A stretch of DNA of 17,851 nucleotides from Candidatus Hydrogenedentota bacterium (GTDB taxonomy: Bacteria; Hydrogenedentota; Hydrogenedentia; Hydrogenedentales; GCA-2746185): the NCBI GenBank assembly GCA_046583315.1, contig JAYGCN010000255.1, positions 1-17,851 on the forward strand. The letters are read 5' to 3'. Made by a program: the position numbers and the translations under genes. Shown piece by piece: positions 14,954 to 17,851 of the stretch (position 1 is its first letter; every line of letters begins with the position of its first letter). The notes under the pieces are model-generated. The model ran no database searches, was not told where the DNA came from, and saw nothing but the letters and a program-made list of their open reading frames with translations.

Positions 14954-16297
14954 ATGATTAACCGAAGAAAATTCTTGACCACGAGCATAAAAACGACCCT
15001 CGGCGTGTCGGCATTTATTGCGGCGAATCCCCTGTCGAGTCGTGCCTATGCGGCGAACGACAAAATTGTCTTCGCACAAATTGGAACGGGCGGACGGGGA
15101 AAGGCTGTCGGTCGTGAGTTTGCCCGCCTCGATGGAGTCGAGATGAAGTATTGCTGCGATGTCGATCTGAATCAGATCTCAGGATTCCCGGAGCAGGTGG
15201 AAGCCGCCCAGGGCAAGGCGCCCAAGGTGTTACAAGATTTTCGCGAGGCGCTCGACGATAAGGATGTGGATGCCGTAATCGTATCCACCCCGGATCACTG
15301 GCATGCACTCGCTGCGATCTGGGCATGCCAGGCCGGTAAAGATGTGTATGTCGAAAAGCCCCCCTCTCACAATATCTGGGAGGGACGCAAAATGGTCGAG
15401 GCCGCGCGCAAGTATGATCGCGTCATGCAGGTCGGTACACAGAACCGGAGCGCCTCGTATGTGAAAGAAGCCAAGCAGTACATTGATGAAGGAAATATTG
15501 GCAAGCTGGTCTACGTCAAAGTGTTTGGGATGGAGCCCGGCGGGGCATTCCACATCCCAAGGGATACGAAAACGCCTAAAGGCGTCGACTATGATATGTA
15601 TTTGGGGCCAGCACCGAAACGCCCGTTTAATCGCGGACACTTCCATGGGAATTGGCACATGCACTGGGAGTATTCTGGAGGCGATCTAGCTGACGACGGT
15701 GTTCACCAGATGGATATTGCTCGCTGGATGGCTGGAAAAGAGTACCCGAAGTATGTGTCCGGCTACGGCAACAACCACGGTCTGAATGATGACCGTGGCG
15801 TATTTGATACTCAAAGTGTGGTTTACGATTTTGGTGACCTGATCATGACTTGGGAACTCACACAATGGGCGAAGTACATGCGCAAGACCCCAACCGAGAT
15901 CCGAAATTCAGATCAGTTTCCCGATTGGTCATTGAGCGCGACGCGTATAGAGTTTTATGGCACCGACGGGCGTATGGTGCTCGGACGCCATGGCGGGGGA
16001 TGGCATGCGGTGGATCATACCGGGAAGGTCGTGGCCAGTGAGTATGGTCGAATGGCAGACCCAGAACATCGCGCGAATTTTGCGGATTGTATTCGGACGC
16101 GCAAGCGCCCCAATGCCGATATAGAAGAAGGGCACCGGAGTGCCGTGATGGCCCATGCGGGGAACATCGCTTCGCGCGTACAGGGGCAGCGCCTTGAGTT
16201 TGATGCGGAAACCGAACAGTTCATCGGCAATGAAGCGGCGAACGCAATGGTGAAGCGAGATTACCGAGCGACATACACTGTTCCAGAAAAAGTGTAG
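14954..16297 (+). CDS. Gfo/Idh/MocA-family oxidoreductase with twin-arginine (Tat) signal peptide
   Basis: MINRRKFL Tat motif (true start probably ATG 14954, not TTG 14867); IGTGGRG, STPDHWH, GKDVYVEKP, QVGTQNRS and DDGVHQMD. Confidence 0.93.
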   Translation: MINRRKFLTTSIKTTLGVSAFIAANPLSSRAYAANDKIVFAQIGTGGRGKAVGREFARLDGVEMKYCCDVDLNQISGFPEQVEAAQGKAPKVLQDFREALDDKDVDAVIVSTPDHWHALAAIWACQAGKDVYVEKPPSHNIWEGRKMVEAARKYDRVMQVGTQNRSASYVKEAKQYIDEGNIGKLVYVKVFGMEPGGAFHIPRDTKTPKGVDYDMYLGPAPKRPFNRGHFHGNWHMHWEYSGGDLADDGVHQMDIARWMAGKEYPKYVSGYGNNHGLNDDRGVFDTQSVVYDFGDLIMTWELTQWAKYMRKTPTEIRNSDQFPDWSLSATRIEFYGTDGRMVLGRHGGGWHAVDHTGKVVASEYGRMADPEHRANFADCIRTRKRPNADIEEGHRSAVMAHAGNIASRVQGQRLEFDAETEQFIGNEAANAMVKRDYRATYTVPEKV

Positions 16298-16337
16298 TGC
16301 CCGATAACTTCTTGCAGCACTGGGAATCTACGAAACA

Positions 16338-16979
16338 ATGATATTTAGAACATTATTATGTGGAATCGTCTGCACTCTCGCGACGGCGTCGTTGGCAAGC
16401 TCGGAAGATATGAGGCACGCCGCGCCAGCGGGCACTTCTCCCAAGCCGGATATACTGACCATTGCGCAGCGTCCGGACACGGCGCCGTTCTCCATTGAAA
16501 CGGGAGATCGCGTTGTGTTTCTTGGTAATGCATTTTTCGAGCGTGCACGATACTATGGGTATGTCGAGACGGCCCTCTCGTTGTGTTGGCCTGAACAGGA
16601 TGTACGTTATCGGAATATTGGATGGAGTTGTGACACCGTAGGGGGACTGGCGCGAACAAGCGGACGGCGTGGATCCCGATTCGGCACTGCGACTCAAGGG
16701 TTTAGGCGATTGGTGGACCACGTGGAGTTGCTCGCTCCTACACATCTATTCATTGCCTATGGATTCAACGAATCTTTTGCGGGTGAGGCAGGGCTTGGCG
16801 GCTTCGCCGATGAGTTGGATCGTCTGGTGTCAGCCATTGCAACAGAAAATAGAGAAGTCATCCTATTGTCACCCTTACCGGTTGAACATGGTTTTGGCGC
16901 CCCTGATTCGGAGGTCAATGCACGGAATACCATGCTCAAGGCCTATGCAGATGTCCTCGAGAAAAGGCGTTTGGGATGA
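16338..16979 (+). CDS. SGNH/GDSL-fold protein, N-terminal part (frameshifted near 16961-16966)
   Basis: Signal peptide; GDRVVFLGNAFFER (block I, Ser position is Ala), RNIGWSCDT (block II), IAYGFNES (block III) and ILLSP; the block V motif is in another frame. Confidence 0.8.
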   Translation: MIFRTLLCGIVCTLATASLASSEDMRHAAPAGTSPKPDILTIAQRPDTAPFSIETGDRVVFLGNAFFERARYYGYVETALSLCWPEQDVRYRNIGWSCDTVGGLARTSGRRGSRFGTATQGFRRLVDHVELLAPTHLFIAYGFNESFAGEAGLGGFADELDRLVSAIATENREVILLSPLPVEHGFGAPDSEVNARNTMLKAYADVLEKRRLG

Positions 16980-17284
16980 ACTTTCGATATGTTGATTTGT
17001 TTGATGCGCTTCAACGCGAGAAGGCTTACTTTTCATCGGATGCTATACATCCTACCGAGGAGGGGTACGCGCAACGCTACAACGGAAACCAGACAAAGTC
17101 CTTATCCAGCGAGCGGTCCTCAGATTCAATGTCCAGGGGAATGCGTACGTACACAGGCGTCGGCCAGCTCGGGTCGACAAAATCCCGTTCCGCGTGCTCC
17201 AGAATATTCGTCAGCTCCGCAAACTTCCCCGGCATCTCCACCGCAAGGTTGATCGTTTCACCAATGTCATCTTTGACATTGTAA
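16976..17284 (+). pseudogene. C-terminal fragment of the SGNH/GDSL gene in the -1 frame; from 17077 on it reads antisense into the sulfatase
   Basis: FRYVDLF...SSDAIHPTEEGY is the SGNH block V DxxH motif. One extra A in GAGAAAAGG would join the two frames. Confidence 0.65.
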
Positions 17285-17851
17285 AGATAGGATGCCTTCG
17301 CCGTGCCGTCGATCTGCAGACGGTAATCACCCACACGTATCGCTTTGTAGTTCCCACTACGCCACACGATCGCTTCGTGCAGCGTCCCCGTATGTTCCCC
17401 GCGAATGATTGGCCACAAGTCGCGACCATCCAGAGTGCGATCTCCCGGCAACGGCGCATTCACTGTCGCCGCGATAGTGGGAAAGAGGTCCAGCAAACTA
17501 ATCGGCACATTGGACACCCCGCCCGCCTCAATGTGTCCCGGCCACCGAATCAGAAATGGCACTACGACCCCGCCCTGATAATACGTCGACTTGTATCCCC
17601 GAAACGGAAGATTGCGATCCGGGATACGCGTATACGACGCCGCGCCATGATCGCTCGTGAAAATCACCAGTGTATTCACCTCCAACCCATCCTCGCGCAG
17701 CGCCTCCAGAATACGTCCGATACCATCGTCCAACGACTCGATCATCGCCGTATAGACACGCGTCTTGTGGTCCTCGATATGCCCAAGGCGATCGTAGTAT
17801 TCCTTCGGTGCCTGCAACGGCGAATGCGGCGCGTTATAGGGCATATACAAA
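17077..17851 (-). CDS. Sulfatase (arylsulfatase A-like, S1), C-terminal part; 5' end lies beyond the window
   Basis: YNAPHSPLQAP, YTAMIESLDDGIGRIL, NTLVIFTSDHG, RGYKSTYYQGGVVVP, DLFPT, DGRDL and LYNVKDDIGETINLA. The catalytic CxPxR motif would lie outside the window. Confidence 0.93.
   Translation of the reverse strand, partial: LYMPYNAPHSPLQAPKEYYDRLGHIEDHKTRVYTAMIESLDDGIGRILEALREDGLEVNTLVIFTSDHGAASYTRIPDRNLPFRGYKSTYYQGGVVVPFLIRWPGHIEAGGVSNVPISLLDLFPTIAATVNAPLPGDRTLDGRDLWPIIRGEHTGTLHEAIVWRSGNYKAIRVGDYRLQIDGTAKASYLYNVKDDIGETINLAVEMPGKFAELTNILEHAERDFVDPSWPTPVYVRIPLDIESEDRSLDKDFVWFPL

Overview
Bacterial accessory/catabolic region whose gene content resembles Planctomycetota/PVC- or Hydrogenedentota-type genomes (inferred from gene content only). 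Left (1-4374): a probable phosphonate module made of the 3' end of a PbfA-like class-III aminotransferase, a coupled FAD-dependent oxidoreductase broken by one in-frame TAA, and a divergent pair of an OPA/GlpT-family MFS transporter and a phosphonoacetaldehyde-reductase-like Fe-alcohol dehydrogenase. That pair is bracketed by two diverged ~180-bp inverted copies of a non-coding repeat. Middle (4375-7073): a repeat-rich zone with further CGTAGGGTCA-type elements, two tRNA-3'-end-like fragments, a PQQ-like beta-propeller gene, a 36-aa Lys-rich small ORF absent from the ORF track, and an AACAGGGAA array with ~21-bp periodicity. Right (7074-17851): a CE15-like esterase divergent from a TRAP (dctPQM) - 3-hydroxyisobutyrate-dehydrogenase-family - sugar isomerase/epimerase operon, an isochorismatase-ThuA fusion divergent from a Tat-exported Gfo/Idh/MocA oxidoreductase, a frameshifted SGNH-fold gene, and the 3' part of a sulfatase. 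No rRNA, intact tRNA, CRISPR array, transposase or integrase was seen. All family calls come from motif recognition, not database searches.
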